Shown here: one piece after another, positions 36,840 to 46,560 of the stretch
Layout of the letters: every line of letters starts with the position of its first letter
Numbering within the stretch: the stretch's first letter is position 1
Source: Minisyncoccota bacterium
GTDB taxonomy: Bacteria > Patescibacteriota > Minisyncoccia > Phycocordibacterales > UBA2100
NCBI GenBank assembly: GCA_035708165.1
Contig: DASSSZ010000001.1
Span: 230,884-294,883 of the forward strand
Direction of reading: 5' to 3'
Length of the DNA: 64,000 nt
Program-made: the position numbers and the translations under genes
Notes under the pieces: model-generated
Told to the model about the DNA's origin: nothing
Database searches by the model: none
The model's input: the letters and a program-made list of their open reading frames with translations, nothing else

Positions 36840-36872
36840 CCTTCCTGCGCATTGTGCGGTAGATTCGACTCC

Positions 36873-37574
36873 ATGCCATTGCCTGCTTCCGATCCGCACC
36901 GACGCGTCCGCTGGGGGACCTACCTCATCGCGTTCATCATAACCGCCGCGCTCTTCGGCACGGCTATCGGCGCATCCGCCTATTTCGATGCGCGCCGGGC
37001 AGACGAGGTGCGCTCGACGACGGACAGCATCTCCGTAGACATCCTCTCGCTCGAGACGCAGTTCGACCTCCTCGCGCAGAACTCCTGCAAGAACATCGCC
37101 GATAATTCCGTGCTCTCGACCGAGCTCTGGCCGCTGGGCGAGCGCCTCGCCTACCTCGAATCGCAAGGCGGCGACCAGGCGCAGATAACCGAGCTCAAGC
37201 GGTACTATTCGCTCCTCGAGATCAAGGATCTCCTGCTCGAGCAGCAGGTCGCAGATAAGTGCGACATCAAGCCGGTCGTGATCATGTACTTCTACAGCAA
37301 CGCCGGCGATTGCGCCGACTGCACGCAGCAAGGCTACGTCCTGACCTCTCTCGCGGACCGCTACCCCGACGTGCGGATCTACTCCTTCGACTACAACCTC
37401 GACCTCGGGGCGCTGCAGACCCTGATCTCGATCGACAAGATTCCCGACACGCTCCCCGCGCTCGTGATCAACGGCAAGGTCTACACGGGCTTCAAGGACA
37501 TGGACGCGATCCATGCGATCCTGCCCGGGCTCGCGGCAATGTCGAGCACGACGGCGACGAGCACGCGCAAGTAG
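36873..37574 (+). CDS. membrane-anchored thioredoxin-like protein (CxxC)
   Basis: N-terminal TM, then VVIMYFYSNAGDCADCTQQGYVL. The CADC motif in a Trx-like context; weak assignment. Confidence 0.45.
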   Translation: MPLPASDPHRRVRWGTYLIAFIITAALFGTAIGASAYFDARRADEVRSTTDSISVDILSLETQFDLLAQNSCKNIADNSVLSTELWPLGERLAYLESQGGDQAQITELKRYYSLLEIKDLLLEQQVADKCDIKPVVIMYFYSNAGDCADCTQQGYVLTSLADRYPDVRIYSFDYNLDLGALQTLISIDKIPDTLPALVINGKVYTGFKDMDAIHAILPGLAAMSSTTATSTRK

Positions 37575-37728
37575 CGCTCGCTCGCCTTCACCTCCACGAA
37601 CTGGCTTGCTTGGAGCCGCCTCTCGGGCTTGAACCGAGTATTCGGATGACAAAACGTGAACGCTGCGCTCGCTCGCCTTCACCTCCACGAACTGGCTTGC
37701 TTGGAGCCGCCTCTCGGGCTTGAACCGA
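37575..37728. repeat. tandem direct repeat (2 x ~90 nt) covering the tRNA-Thr 3' end plus downstream flank
   Basis: GCGCTCGCTCGCCTTCACCTCCACGAACTGGCTTGCTTGGAGCCGCCTCTCGGGCTTGAACCGAG occurs at about 37575-37638 and 37665-37728. Confidence 0.7.
37611..37664 (-). pseudogene. tRNA-Thr pseudogene fragment (3' ~50 nt: degenerate anticodon arm, intact T-arm, acceptor 3' strand, CCA)
   Basis: Minus strand reads ..CGTTTTGTCATCCGAATACTCGGTTCAAGCCCGAGAGGCGGCTCCA. Identical to the intact gene from the T-arm onward, diverged upstream. Confidence 0.5.
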
Positions 37729-37777
37729 GGACCTACGGTTTACAAAACCGTTGCTCTACCAACTGAGCTAAGGCGGC
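37702..37777 (-). tRNA. tRNA-Thr (anticodon UGU), 76 nt, CCA encoded, discriminator U
   Basis: Minus strand GCCGCCTTAGCTCAGTTGGTAGAGCAACGGTTTTGTAAACCGTAGGTCCTCGGTTCAAGCCCGAGAGGCGGCTCCA. 7-nt anticodon loop TTTGTAA gives anticodon TGT. Confidence 0.9.
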
Positions 37778-37792
37778 TTCTAGGACGTTGCG

Positions 37793-37801
37793 ACTATACC
37801 A
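37793..37801 (-). promoter_or_regulatory. extended -10 element TGGTATAGT for tRNA-Thr, duplicated at about 37909-37917
   Basis: Minus-strand TGgTATAGT about 15 nt upstream of the mature tRNA 5' end. Confidence 0.5.
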
Positions 37802-37834
37802 TATTCCGAGGGAATTCGAGCGCAACGGTTTTGT

Positions 37835-37869
37835 GCCAAAACGTCCGGCAGTGCCCCGCACTGCCGGAC
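37835..37869 (-). terminator. intrinsic terminator GTCCGGCAGTGC-ggg-GCACTGCCGGAC-GTTTTGG; second copy at 37952..37985 terminates the 38017..38424 gene
   Basis: Perfect 12-bp stem plus U-run on the minus strand; part of the 116-nt repeat unit. Confidence 0.6.
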
Positions 37870-38016
37870 CTCTACCAACTGAGCTAAGGCGGCTTCTAGG
37901 ACGTTGCGACTATACCATATTCCGAGGGAATTCGAGCGCAACGGTTTTGTGCCAAAACGTCCGGCAGTGCCCCGCACTGCCGGACCGCTTCCAGCTGCGC
38001 ACGGCCTGGGCGGGCG

Positions 38017-38424
38017 CTATTCGGCAACCGCGTCTGCGGGGATCACGAGCGTCTCCTTGTGCTTGCGGACCTGCTTGAGGAAATCGGACTTCGTCTCGCG
38101 ACGGGAAAACGTGCGCTTGTGCGAGACGAACTCGGCTACGCGGTGCGCCTGCCGTTCGATCCCGCGCGCGGAGCGCGCCACGAGGAATGCGCAGACGTGC
38201 ACCAGATAGAGCGCGAACGCGATCGTGAATGAGGGCAGATGCTCGACCGCGTATGCGGCCTTCTCGCCCATGCGCTCGACGACGAGCGCCTTCTCATCGA
38301 GCATGGCCCGCGTATTCGGAGCAAGCGTCCGGCCTGATACGGCCTCGACAAGCTTGAGGATGAAGAGCGCGAGGATAAGCGCGAAGGCGCCGCCGAAGAT
38401 GATCATCGATATGGGCACTTCCAT
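38017..38424 (-). CDS. hypothetical membrane protein (135 aa)
   Basis: Two hydrophobic segments (MIIFGGAFALILALFILKLV; FTIAFALYLVHVCAFLV). No homology. Confidence 0.5.
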   Translation of the reverse strand: MEVPISMIIFGGAFALILALFILKLVEAVSGRTLAPNTRAMLDEKALVVERMGEKAAYAVEHLPSFTIAFALYLVHVCAFLVARSARGIERQAHRVAEFVSHKRTFSRRETKSDFLKQVRKHKETLVIPADAVAE

Positions 38425-38478
38425 AGGATAGTACGTAGTGTAGCGCGGCAGCTGCCGCAGGCAAGTGGCTGTGCGCCG

Positions 38479-39057
38479 CTAGACCGTGAAGCGCTCACAG
38501 CGCACCACAGCGATCTTCTCGCCGAACTTCTGGGTCGCCTGCTCGACCATCTGGCCGATGGTCATGGTCGGATCCTTCACGAACGGCTGGTCGAGCAGCA
38601 CTTTCTCCGCGAGATAGCTCTCGAGCTTGCCCGCGAGGATCTTCTCCTGCATCTCGGCGGGCTTGTCGGCGACCTCTGCCGCGAACACCTCGCGCGCTGC
38701 CTTCGTATCCTCCGGCGTCACATCATCCTTGCTGATGAACGAAGGCGCCATCGCTGCGGCATGCAGCGCGATCTCATACGCGAGCTTCACGAACTCCTCG
38801 TTCTTGGAGACGAAATCTGTCTCGCACGCGAGTACGACCATCGCGCCCACCTGGTTGCCCGCGTGGATGTACGCCTGCACGGCGCCGGCGCCGAGCTCGC
38901 GATCGGACTTCTTCGCAGCTGTCGTCGCGCTGATCTTGCGCAGCACGACCTTCGCCTTCTCGATATCGCCGCCCGCTTCCTCGAGCGCCTTCTTGCACTG
39001 CATGATAGAGACGCCGGTCTCGTCGCGAAGCTGCTTGATCTCGTCGATGGTAGCCAT
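38479..39057 (-). CDS. tsf: elongation factor Ts (short form, 192 aa)
   Basis: MATIDEIKQLRDETGVSIMQCKKALEEAGGDIEKA (UBA-like N-terminus) plus the dimerisation core. Confidence 0.93.
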   Translation of the reverse strand: MATIDEIKQLRDETGVSIMQCKKALEEAGGDIEKAKVVLRKISATTAAKKSDRELGAGAVQAYIHAGNQVGAMVVLACETDFVSKNEEFVKLAYEIALHAAAMAPSFISKDDVTPEDTKAAREVFAAEVADKPAEMQEKILAGKLESYLAEKVLLDQPFVKDPTMTIGQMVEQATQKFGEKIAVVRCERFTV

Positions 39058-39108
39058 AACGTATGGGAAAAGGAGCTAGCGCCCCGAAGCGGGGCCTGAT
39101 AGATGCGC

Positions 39109-39846
39109 TTACGCCTGCGGCGCTGCCGCCGGGGCCTCCGGCGCAGCCGTCGCCTGACGGAAGCTGTCGCGGTATGCGTTCGCGAACGCGTCCACGAAGT
39201 ACTGGACCGACTTCACGGCGCTGTCATTCGCCGGGATCGGGTACTGGAGCATGTTGAAATCGCAGTCGGTATTCGCGAGCGCGATCACCGGGATCCCGAG
39301 CTGGTTCGCCTCGCGGACCGCCTTGTCCTCGAAGCGCGGATCGACGACGAAGAGCGCCGCCGGGAGCTTCTCCATGCTCGTCAGGCCGCCGAAGCGGCTC
39401 TCGAGCTCCTCGATCTCGCGATCCTGCATCATGCGCTCGCGCTTGGTGTACTTCTTCTCGCGCTCGCCGGTCTCGCGGGCGCGGGTGAGCTCGAGCAGGC
39501 GCGCGATGCGGCCGCGGACCTCGGAGAAGTTCGTGAGCGTGCCGCCGATCCAGCGGCTCGCGACGAACGGCAGGTTCGTCTTGCCGGCTGCGGCCTTCAC
39601 GAGCGCTGCCGCCTCGGGCTTGCCGCCGACGATGAGGATCTGCTTCCCCTCGCCGGCGAGCTTCTCGACGAACGCGATCGCGCGCTCGAGATCGGCTGCT
39701 GTCTGCTCGAGATCGAAGATATCGTTGCGATCCTTGGTACCGAAAATGCGCTTCGCCGCGCTCGGGTGGCGGCGGCTGCGCGTATAGCCGAAGTGCGCCC
39801 CTACGGAGAAGAGCGCGTCGAGATCCTTCTGCTGCGTCGTAGCCAT
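39109..39846 (-). CDS. rpsB: 30S ribosomal protein S2
   Basis: LFSVGAHFGYTRSRRHPSAAKRIFG and IVGGKPEAAALV. Canonical rpsB-tsf order. Confidence 0.95.
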   Translation of the reverse strand: MATTQQKDLDALFSVGAHFGYTRSRRHPSAAKRIFGTKDRNDIFDLEQTAADLERAIAFVEKLAGEGKQILIVGGKPEAAALVKAAAGKTNLPFVASRWIGGTLTNFSEVRGRIARLLELTRARETGEREKKYTKRERMMQDREIEELESRFGGLTSMEKLPAALFVVDPRFEDKAVREANQLGIPVIALANTDCDFNMLQYPIPANDSAVKSVQYFVDAFANAYRDSFRQATAAPEAPAAAPQA

Positions 39847-39932
39847 TGTCGTGATTGAAAAATGCGAGACTCGGGAAACCGAGCCAGCGAGGGGATTCTA
39901 GCAGATACCCTGCCTGCGCGCAATGCGGCACC

Positions 39933-40925
39933 TCAGGCCTCGGGGCCCGCCTGCTCGAGCGCATCCTGCGCCGCCCCGAGCGCGTCGAGGATCGGCTGGA
40001 TGCGCCCGGCCATGATCGCCTCGATATTCGACCAGGACTCCTTGATCCGGTGGTCCGTCACGCGATCCTGCGGGAAGTTATACGTGCGGATCTTCTCCGA
40101 GCGATCGCCCGTGCCGACCTGGCTTTTCCGCTCGCCCGCGCGCTTGGCCGCCTCCTGCTCGTCCTTGAGCACCTGGAGCCGGGAGAGCAGGAGCTGCATC
40201 GCCTTCTCGCGGTTCGCCTGCTGGCTGCGCTCGCTCGTGACCCGCACATCGATTCCGGTCGGGGTGTGCACGAGGCGTACGGCAGTCTCTACCTTGTTCA
40301 CGTTCTGGCCGCCCTTGCCGCCAGCTCGGCTGAACTCCATCTCGATATCCGCCGGGCTCACCTCGACCTTCACCTTCTTATAGACCGGCATGATCGCGAT
40401 GGAAGCGGTCGAGGTGTGGATGCGCCCTTGCTTCTCGGTCGCCGGGATGCGCTGCACGCGGTGCACGCCCGTCTCGAAGCGCAGCGTCTTGTAGCAGTCC
40501 TTGCCTTTCACTTCGTACGATGCCTCCTTGAAGCCGCCGAGCGCCGCCCGCGAATCATCGAGAGCGCGCCACTGCCAGCCGCACGCTTCGCAATACCGCT
40601 CGTACATGAGCGCGAGCTCTTCCGCGAAGAGCGCCGCTTCCTCGCCGCCCACGCCCGCGCGCACCTCGAGCACGAGCTCGTTCGGGAACTCCTGCGTGTC
40701 GTCCTCCTTCACGATGCTGGCGATCTGCTGCATCAGCTGCTCCTTCTGCTGGCCGATCTCGGCAAGCTCCTGCTCCGCGAGCTCGCGCATGGACGGATCG
40801 GCTTCCACGAGCGCGGTCGCGTCGGCCTCCGCCTGCGAGAGGCGCTGCCACTCGGCGACCATGAAGGATACGCGCGGATCATCCGCGTATTCCGAGGGGT
40901 CGATGCTGGTCGTGTCGTCTGCCAT
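39933..40925 (-). CDS. prfA: peptide chain release factor 1
   Basis: PAT tripeptide ([14 protein letters not shown]) and GGQ motif ([17 protein letters not shown]). Internal start MADDTTS; the upstream Arg-rich 77 aa of the track ORF are not coding. Confidence 0.92.
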   Translation of the reverse strand: MADDTTSIDPSEYADDPRVSFMVAEWQRLSQAEADATALVEADPSMRELAEQELAEIGQQKEQLMQQIASIVKEDDTQEFPNELVLEVRAGVGGEEAALFAEELALMYERYCEACGWQWRALDDSRAALGGFKEASYEVKGKDCYKTLRFETGVHRVQRIPATEKQGRIHTSTASIAIMPVYKKVKVEVSPADIEMEFSRAGGKGGQNVNKVETAVRLVHTPTGIDVRVTSERSQQANREKAMQLLLSRLQVLKDEQEAAKRAGERKSQVGTGDRSEKIRTYNFPQDRVTDHRIKESWSNIEAIMAGRIQPILDALGAAQDALEQAGPEA

Positions 40926-40980
40926 ACCGTGATGATAGCAAACGGGCGCCCCGCATGCGGGGCGCCCGTTTGCGAGGGCG

Positions 40981-41247
40981 TTACTTGCCCGCCTTCTTCT
41001 TCGCGGCCTCCTGGCGCGCGCGGAACTTCTCGAGACGGCCGGTGGTGTCCACCGTGCGCGCCTGGCCCGTGTAGAACGGGTGCGAGGCGCTCGAGATCTC
41101 CACCTTGACCAGCGGGTACTCCTTGCCGTCGTCCCACTTCCCCGTCTCCTCGGCACGGACCGTCGAGCCGACCAGGAAGCGTGCGCCGGAGGACGTGTCC
41201 TCGAAGATCACGTCGCGGTAGTCTGCCGGATGGATGTCTGCCTTCAT
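40981..41247 (-). CDS. rpmE: 50S ribosomal protein L31
   Basis: Internal start [29 protein letters not shown]...SHPFYTG. Confidence 0.9.
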   Translation of the reverse strand: MKADIHPADYRDVIFEDTSSGARFLVGSTVRAEETGKWDDGKEYPLVKVEISSASHPFYTGQARTVDTTGRLEKFRARQEAAKKKAGK

Positions 41248-41362
41248 ACGCGCCGTACTATACCCGAATCCCCCTGCTGCCGCAAGGCACGGCAGCGCGG
41301 CTTCAGGACGAGGAGAACGACGGCGCGGTGCGGACAAGGCATCGCCGCTCGATCCGCTCGTG

Positions 41363-42715
41363 CTACGCCCCGTTCAGGATATCGATCTGCTTCTGCAGCC
41401 GCGCCATGATATCCATCACGTCATCGCCGTAGAAGGCGTACGCCGGCTTGTTCGCGTTGCCCCACCCGGCGAAGTAGCGCAGCGCCGCCAGGCGCTCGGC
41501 CGAGTACGTCCCGGCGCCGGCGCCGTTATCCATCATGAGGATGGCCGCAGCGAAGATGGCCGTGCGCGCATCCCACGGGTTGGCCGGCGAGACGCCAGTC
41601 ATCGCGGAGATGCGGTCCTCGTAGAGCACCCACGTGGACGGGATGAACTGCGCCGGGCCCATCGCGCCGCCGTACCCGTATCCTGGCGGGCATGAGACGA
41701 CCATGCTATACGGGTCGAGCCCGAGCGACGCGGTGATATCCATGAACGGATCCACGTCGCGGCTCCCCTTCATCACCTGCGAGAAATGCGTACCGGTGTT
41801 CTTGCCGATCCCATCGCCCTTGTTCGGCGTGTTGGTGAGGAGGCACTGGCCGACGTTCTCGCCGAGGTTCGTCTCCTGCGTGAGGATCGCGAGCGTGAGC
41901 GCGGCCGGGACGCCCGTCTTCGCCTCGGCTTGCTTGGCGTACTGATAGGCATCACCGAACTGGATCGCGGCCGAATCGCGGATCGCGAAGAGCGCGGAGC
42001 GGATCTGCGATGCTGTCTGCTGCTGGTTCGCGATGATGTTCTGGTATGCGGCTTCCTGGCCCTTGGTCTCGTCGAGCAGCTGCTGCTTCTTATTCTCCTG
42101 GCTCTTGATGGTCTGTTGCTGCAGTAACGAGACCTGCCGCAGCTGCTCCTGCTCTTCCTGCTGGCTCTCGAGTGCGGCCTTGCTCTGCGTCAGGTCGTCC
42201 TTGAGCGCTGCCATTTGGTCGAAGGAGGTTCCGAGGGCGCTCTGGAGCGCCTCGTACGAGTCGAGGTCCTGGAAGAAATCCGAGAAGGTCCCGGAGAGCG
42301 CGAGCTCAATGAGGGATGTGTCATCGCTCTCGTTGGTGAGCCGGATCAGCTGCGCCAGGCTCGCCTGCCCTGCGGCGACCTTGTCATCGAGGACGCCGAT
42401 CGAGTCCTCCTTCTGGCCGATCTGGCCCTCGATCTGCTGGATCGTGAGGTTGCGCGCCTGGATATCGAGCTGGTTCTTCTTGATCTGCGCATCGAGGATG
42501 TCGATATCGTTCTGGAGCGACTCTCCTTCGGCCTCTTTCTGCGTGAGCAGCTTCTGCTGCTGCGCGATCTGGGCTTCGATCTGATCGAGCTGCTGCTGAA
42601 GCGCCGCTCGCTGCGCCTCGGTCGTCGGCGCCGTGACAGCGAGCGCGAGCGTCGGAGCGCATGCGAGCAAGGCGATGGCGGCCCCAGAGGCCGCTTTGAT
42701 GATCGAGACGCGCAT
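41363..42715 (-). CDS. secreted coiled-coil protein with C-terminal lytic-transglycosylase-like (MltB/SLT_2-like) domain
   Basis: Signal peptide [26 protein letters not shown]. ~250-aa Gln/Leu-rich coiled coil. C-terminus [12 protein letters not shown]...[10 protein letters not shown]. Confidence 0.7.
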   Translation of the reverse strand: MRVSIIKAASGAAIALLACAPTLALAVTAPTTEAQRAALQQQLDQIEAQIAQQQKLLTQKEAEGESLQNDIDILDAQIKKNQLDIQARNLTIQQIEGQIGQKEDSIGVLDDKVAAGQASLAQLIRLTNESDDTSLIELALSGTFSDFFQDLDSYEALQSALGTSFDQMAALKDDLTQSKAALESQQEEQEQLRQVSLLQQQTIKSQENKKQQLLDETKGQEAAYQNIIANQQQTASQIRSALFAIRDSAAIQFGDAYQYAKQAEAKTGVPAALTLAILTQETNLGENVGQCLLTNTPNKGDGIGKNTGTHFSQVMKGSRDVDPFMDITASLGLDPYSMVVSCPPGYGYGGAMGPAQFIPSTWVLYEDRISAMTGVSPANPWDARTAIFAAAILMMDNGAGAGTYSAERLAALRYFAGWGNANKPAYAFYGDDVMDIMARLQKQIDILNGA

Positions 42716-42875
42716 GCCACGCACCGCTTCAGGCATGCGTGACAGTATACCATTGCCATCGGCGGCTCCGTCGCGCATCGTCATGCTTCCATGCAGACGC
42801 GGGACGAGCCGATCCGTTACGCATCCCATGCAAAAGGCCCGGCGCAAGCCGGGCCTCCTTTCTGCATCAGAAATG

Positions 42876-43496
42876 CTACTGCGCAGCCGTATCGCCCGCT
42901 GCCGGTGCGGCAGCTGCCTCGCCCTCTGCCGGAGCTGCCTCTTCCGCCGGCTCCTCCTCCTGCTCGGCGATCGTCACGACCGTCTCGTCCGGGTCGATCA
43001 TGAGCTCTGCGGACGCCGGGAGCGCGATGTGGCTGACGGCGATATGATCGCCGATCTGCTCGAGCGTGCCGAGATCCACTGCGAAGTGCTGCGGCAGCTC
43101 CGCGGCGGAGACCTTGATCGGGAGCTCGTGGAGCACCTTCACGACGACGCCGCCCAGCTTCTCGGCCGGAGCCGTGCCGGTGAATTCGATCGGAATCGCC
43201 ACTTCGAGCTTGCGCGTCACGTCGATCGCATAGAAATCGATATGGAGGACCTTCCCGGAGACGGGGTGCGTCGCCACATCATGGATGAGCACCTCCTTGT
43301 TCTTCTCGGCGCCGGTCAGGGTGACGATAGTCGTCTCGCCGGCATCCTTCCATACCTTCGCGAACTCGGCGGCGTCCACCGCGATCGGCGTGGACTCCTC
43401 CTTGGGACCGTAGAAGACAGCAGGGACCGAGCCGGCCGCGCGCATCGCGTCCGGATCCTGCTTCGTATCTCGTGCTGTCACTGCAAGCGTCAACAT
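42876..43496 (-). CDS. rplY: 50S ribosomal protein L25/Ctc family with acidic A/E/P tail
   Basis: MLTLAVTARDTKQ...VPAVFYGPKEESTPIAVD...VLIHDVATHPVSGKVLHIDF matches L25 plus the Ctc C-domain. Tail EEEPAEEAAPAEGEAAAAPAAG. Confidence 0.85.
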   Translation of the reverse strand: MLTLAVTARDTKQDPDAMRAAGSVPAVFYGPKEESTPIAVDAAEFAKVWKDAGETTIVTLTGAEKNKEVLIHDVATHPVSGKVLHIDFYAIDVTRKLEVAIPIEFTGTAPAEKLGGVVVKVLHELPIKVSAAELPQHFAVDLGTLEQIGDHIAVSHIALPASAELMIDPDETVVTIAEQEEEPAEEAAPAEGEAAAAPAAGDTAAQ

Positions 43497-43550
43497 GGCG
43501 GGAAGTATACCCGAGAAGGGCCGTTTTGCAACCTGATCCTCCGCGCTTCG

Positions 43551-44522
43551 CTATGCGGCGACCGCGTTCGGCGCCTCAGCGCCCGAGAGGACGGCGAGCA
43601 CGTTCTTCGCCGCGATATCCGCCATCGCGCTCCTCGTCCCTTCCGAGGCGGAGCATAGGTGCGGCGTCAGCACCGCGTTCTCGCAGGCCGCGAGGCCAGG
43701 GGCGAGCGCAGGCTCGTGCTCGTAGACGTCGAGCGCCGCTCCCTTGATCGTGCCATCCGTGAGCGCGGTGACGAGCGCCGCCTCGTCCACCACCGGGCCG
43801 CGCGACGCATTGATGAGGAAGGCCGATGGCTTCATCATATGCAGGCGCTCGGCATTCATGAGGTGATGCGTGGAGTCGAGGAGCGGCACGTGGAGCGTCA
43901 CCGCATCGCACTGCGGCAGCAGCGCCTCGATCGAGTCATCGAATACGGCGCCGGTCGCCGCTTCGAAGTCCTCATTCCGCTTGATATCGGTATAGCGGAT
44001 CTTCATGCCGAGCCCCTTCGCCGCGATCTCGCCCACGCGGGCGCCGATGCGTCCTGCGCCTGCGATCCCGAGCGTCGCGCCCTTCATATCCGTGCCGAGG
44101 AGCAGCATCGGCGCCCAGCCGTCGTACTTGCCGGCACGGACGAAGCGATCGCCCTCCGCGATGCGCGAGGTGAGGGAGAGCAGGAGCGCGACCACGTGCT
44201 CAGCGACGGTATCGGTGAGGACGCCCGGCGTGTTGGTGACGATGACGCCGGCAGCCTTCGCGGCTGCGACGTCTATGTTGTTGTAGCCCACGGCATAGTT
44301 CGCACAGATCTTGAGCGACGGAGCCGCCGCGAAGACGCTCGCGTCGATCGTGTCGGTGAGCTGGCTGATGATCGCTTCGGGCGCATGCTCCGCGAGCGCA
44401 GCAAGGAGCTCCTCATGCGTGAGGACGCGATCATCAGGATTCGTAATGACGGCGTGTCCGGCTGCCGTGAGCTCCTGCTCGGCCGGCTCGGGGATTCGAC
44501 GGGTGACGTAGATGGTTGCCAT
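43551..44522 (-). CDS. D-isomer-specific 2-hydroxyacid dehydrogenase (glyoxylate/hydroxypyruvate reductase-like)
   Basis: GIAGAGRIGARVGEIA (NAD Rossmann) and the catalytic R..E..H triad context (INASRG, HLCSASEGT). Confidence 0.85.
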   Translation of the reverse strand: MATIYVTRRIPEPAEQELTAAGHAVITNPDDRVLTHEELLAALAEHAPEAIISQLTDTIDASVFAAAPSLKICANYAVGYNNIDVAAAKAAGVIVTNTPGVLTDTVAEHVVALLLSLTSRIAEGDRFVRAGKYDGWAPMLLLGTDMKGATLGIAGAGRIGARVGEIAAKGLGMKIRYTDIKRNEDFEAATGAVFDDSIEALLPQCDAVTLHVPLLDSTHHLMNAERLHMMKPSAFLINASRGPVVDEAALVTALTDGTIKGAALDVYEHEPALAPGLAACENAVLTPHLCSASEGTRSAMADIAAKNVLAVLSGAEAPNAVAA

Positions 44523-44545
44523 GACGTGTGTGGTGTATGGATCTG

Positions 44546-45418
44546 TTATGCCGCTTTCCCGGCGAAGAGCGCGAGGCGCTTGCGCACGACCTCCTTCATC
44601 TGGTCGCGACCATGATCGAGATAGCGGTACGGAGCGATCTCATCAGCATCCGCTGCGAGCCCCGCCTCGATACCCTTGCGGTACGCGACGCGGATCTCAG
44701 TATTGATGTGCACGAGGTTCATGCCGGCCTTGATCGCCCCGGTGAAGTCCTCGTCCTCGATGCCCGAGCCGCCGTGCAGGACGAGCGGCGTATGCGGCAG
44801 GGCCGCACGGATCTCGGCGATGAGGTCGATATGCAGGCGCGGGTTTGGCTGGTTCTTCAGCATGCCGTGTACGTTGCCGACGGCCGGCGCGAGTGCCGTA
44901 ACGCCCGTCTCCTCCACGAAGCGCTGAGCATCGTCGGCGCTCGGGAGCGCCGCGGCAAGCACATCCTCCGGGATGGAATCGAGCAGCTTGCTCGAGGTGC
45001 CGATATAGCCGAGCTCGCCTTCTATCATCACATCGCGGCCGGATGCATTCGCGTATGCGACCACTTCGCGCGTCTGCGCGATGCGCTCATCCTCGGTAAG
45101 CTTCGTGCAATCGATGATTACCGAATCGAAGCCGGCATCGATCGCCTCCTTGCAGCCCTCGACCGAATGCGTGTGGTCGGCATTGAGGTAGACTGCTTTC
45201 CCCTGCGCCCGCTCAGAGGCGACGAGCGCGGCGACTTCAGGGACGCCGAGGAACGTGCGTTCCCCTTCCGAGACGCCGAGCACCACCGGGAGCTCGAGCT
45301 CCTGCGCCACGTCCACAATCGCGTGGAGCTGGGTCGAATCGGAGATATTGAAATGGCCGAGCGCGATCTTCTGCTCGGCTGCCGCTGCTAATGCCTCTCG
45401 AAGCGTGTGCATAGCCAT
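44546..45418 (-). CDS. fba: class II fructose-bisphosphate aldolase
   Basis: Internal start MAMHTLREAL. HFNISDSTQLHAIVDVA, LNADHTHS, LHGGSGIEDEDF. Confidence 0.88.
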   Translation of the reverse strand: MAMHTLREALAAAAEQKIALGHFNISDSTQLHAIVDVAQELELPVVLGVSEGERTFLGVPEVAALVASERAQGKAVYLNADHTHSVEGCKEAIDAGFDSVIIDCTKLTEDERIAQTREVVAYANASGRDVMIEGELGYIGTSSKLLDSIPEDVLAAALPSADDAQRFVEETGVTALAPAVGNVHGMLKNQPNPRLHIDLIAEIRAALPHTPLVLHGGSGIEDEDFTGAIKAGMNLVHINTEIRVAYRKGIEAGLAADADEIAPYRYLDHGRDQMKEVVRKRLALFAGKAA

Positions 45419-45495
45419 ATACGAGCATGCTAGCGCGCACGCAGGCCAGTGCCTGTGGATAACGCAAGCTGCGTGCGGTGCTACGCTACTCCCAT

Positions 45496-46491
45496 ATGGC
45501 TCATTATGATTTCGTCTCAATCGGAGACATTACCACGGACGCGTTCATCGAGCTCGAGGATGTACGCGTGGATTGCGATAGCAATAACGAGAATTGCCGG
45601 CTTTCGATGAATTTCGGCGATAAGATCCCCTACAAGTCGGTCACTGAGGTCCGCGCCGTCGGCAACAGCCCGAATGCGGCCGTCGCAGCGCACCGGCTCG
45701 GGCTCGCGACCGCTCTCATCAGCGATATCGGCGATGATCGCGGCGGACAGGACTGCCTCGATCAGCTGCGGACCGAAGGCCTCTCGACCGAATTCGTGAA
45801 AGTGCACCAGGGCAAGATCACTAATTACCACTACGTCCTGCGCTACCAGGCCGAGCGCACGATCCTCATCAAGCACGAGGAGTACCCGTACGCCCTGCCG
45901 TCATTCTCGGAGGCGCCCGGATGGCTCTATCTCTCCTCGATGGGCCCATCATCGCTTCCGTTCCATGACGAGATCGCGGCGTTCCTCGACGTGAATCCGG
46001 ACACGAAGCTCGCCTTCCAGCCTGGCACGTTCCAGATGGAGATGGGCAAGGAGCGGATGGCGAAGATGTATGCGCACGCGGAGCTCACGATCTGCAACAA
46101 GGAGGAATCGCAACGGATCCTCGGGAGCGCATCGGACGATATCACGGAGCTCCTGGTCGGCATGCATGCGCTCGGGTCGCGCCAGGTCGTGATCACCGAT
46201 GGCCCGAACGGCGGCTACGCCTCGGATGGCACGCATGCGTGGGCCATCCCCATGTACCCGGATCCAGCGCCGCCGGTGGATCGCACAGGCGCCGGCGACG
46301 CGACGGCAAGCACCACCGCAGCGTATCTTGCACACGGGCTCTCGCTCCCGGAAGCGCTCAAGCGCGGCATGGTCAATTCCATGTCGGTCGTGCAGCACAT
46401 CGGCGCGCAGGAAGGATTGCTCTCGGCCGAGCAGATCGACGACTATCTCGCCAAGGCGCCGGCTGATTTCGCCGCGACGCCGCTCGCGTAA
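45496..46491 (+). CDS. PfkB-family carbohydrate kinase (ribokinase-like)
   Basis: FVSIGDITTD N-terminal motif and the DRTGAGDAT anion-hole motif. Confidence 0.8.
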   Translation: MAHYDFVSIGDITTDAFIELEDVRVDCDSNNENCRLSMNFGDKIPYKSVTEVRAVGNSPNAAVAAHRLGLATALISDIGDDRGGQDCLDQLRTEGLSTEFVKVHQGKITNYHYVLRYQAERTILIKHEEYPYALPSFSEAPGWLYLSSMGPSSLPFHDEIAAFLDVNPDTKLAFQPGTFQMEMGKERMAKMYAHAELTICNKEESQRILGSASDDITELLVGMHALGSRQVVITDGPNGGYASDGTHAWAIPMYPDPAPPVDRTGAGDATASTTAAYLAHGLSLPEALKRGMVNSMSVVQHIGAQEGLLSAEQIDDYLAKAPADFAATPLA

Positions 46492-46560
46492 GCCGCACTG
46501 CGGCAAACGGAAAGCCGGGCGTATTCGCCCGGCTTCTGGTGTGCGGTCTCTTTCTCTTGC

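Larger units (their letters stand above)
37755..37986. repeat. tandem direct repeat (2 x 116 nt), each unit holding tRNA-Thr nt 1-23, its promoter and an upstream terminator hairpin
   Basis: TCTACCAACTGAGCTAAGGCGGCTTCTAGGACGTTGCGACTATACCATATTCCGAGGGAATTCGAGCGCAACGGTTTTGTGCCAAAACGTCCGGCAGTGCCCCGCACTGCCGGACC occurs twice back-to-back. Confidence 0.75.

Noticed and set aside
37611-37664. Second functional tRNA downstream of tRNA-Thr
   Set aside because: Only the T-arm and acceptor 3' strand are intact. There is no acceptor 5' strand or D-arm and the anticodon stem is broken, so it is a fragment or pseudogene.
39224-39964. 246-aa minus-strand ORF overlapping rpsB in another frame
   Set aside because: Arg-rich frame-shifted overlap of S2; no independent support.
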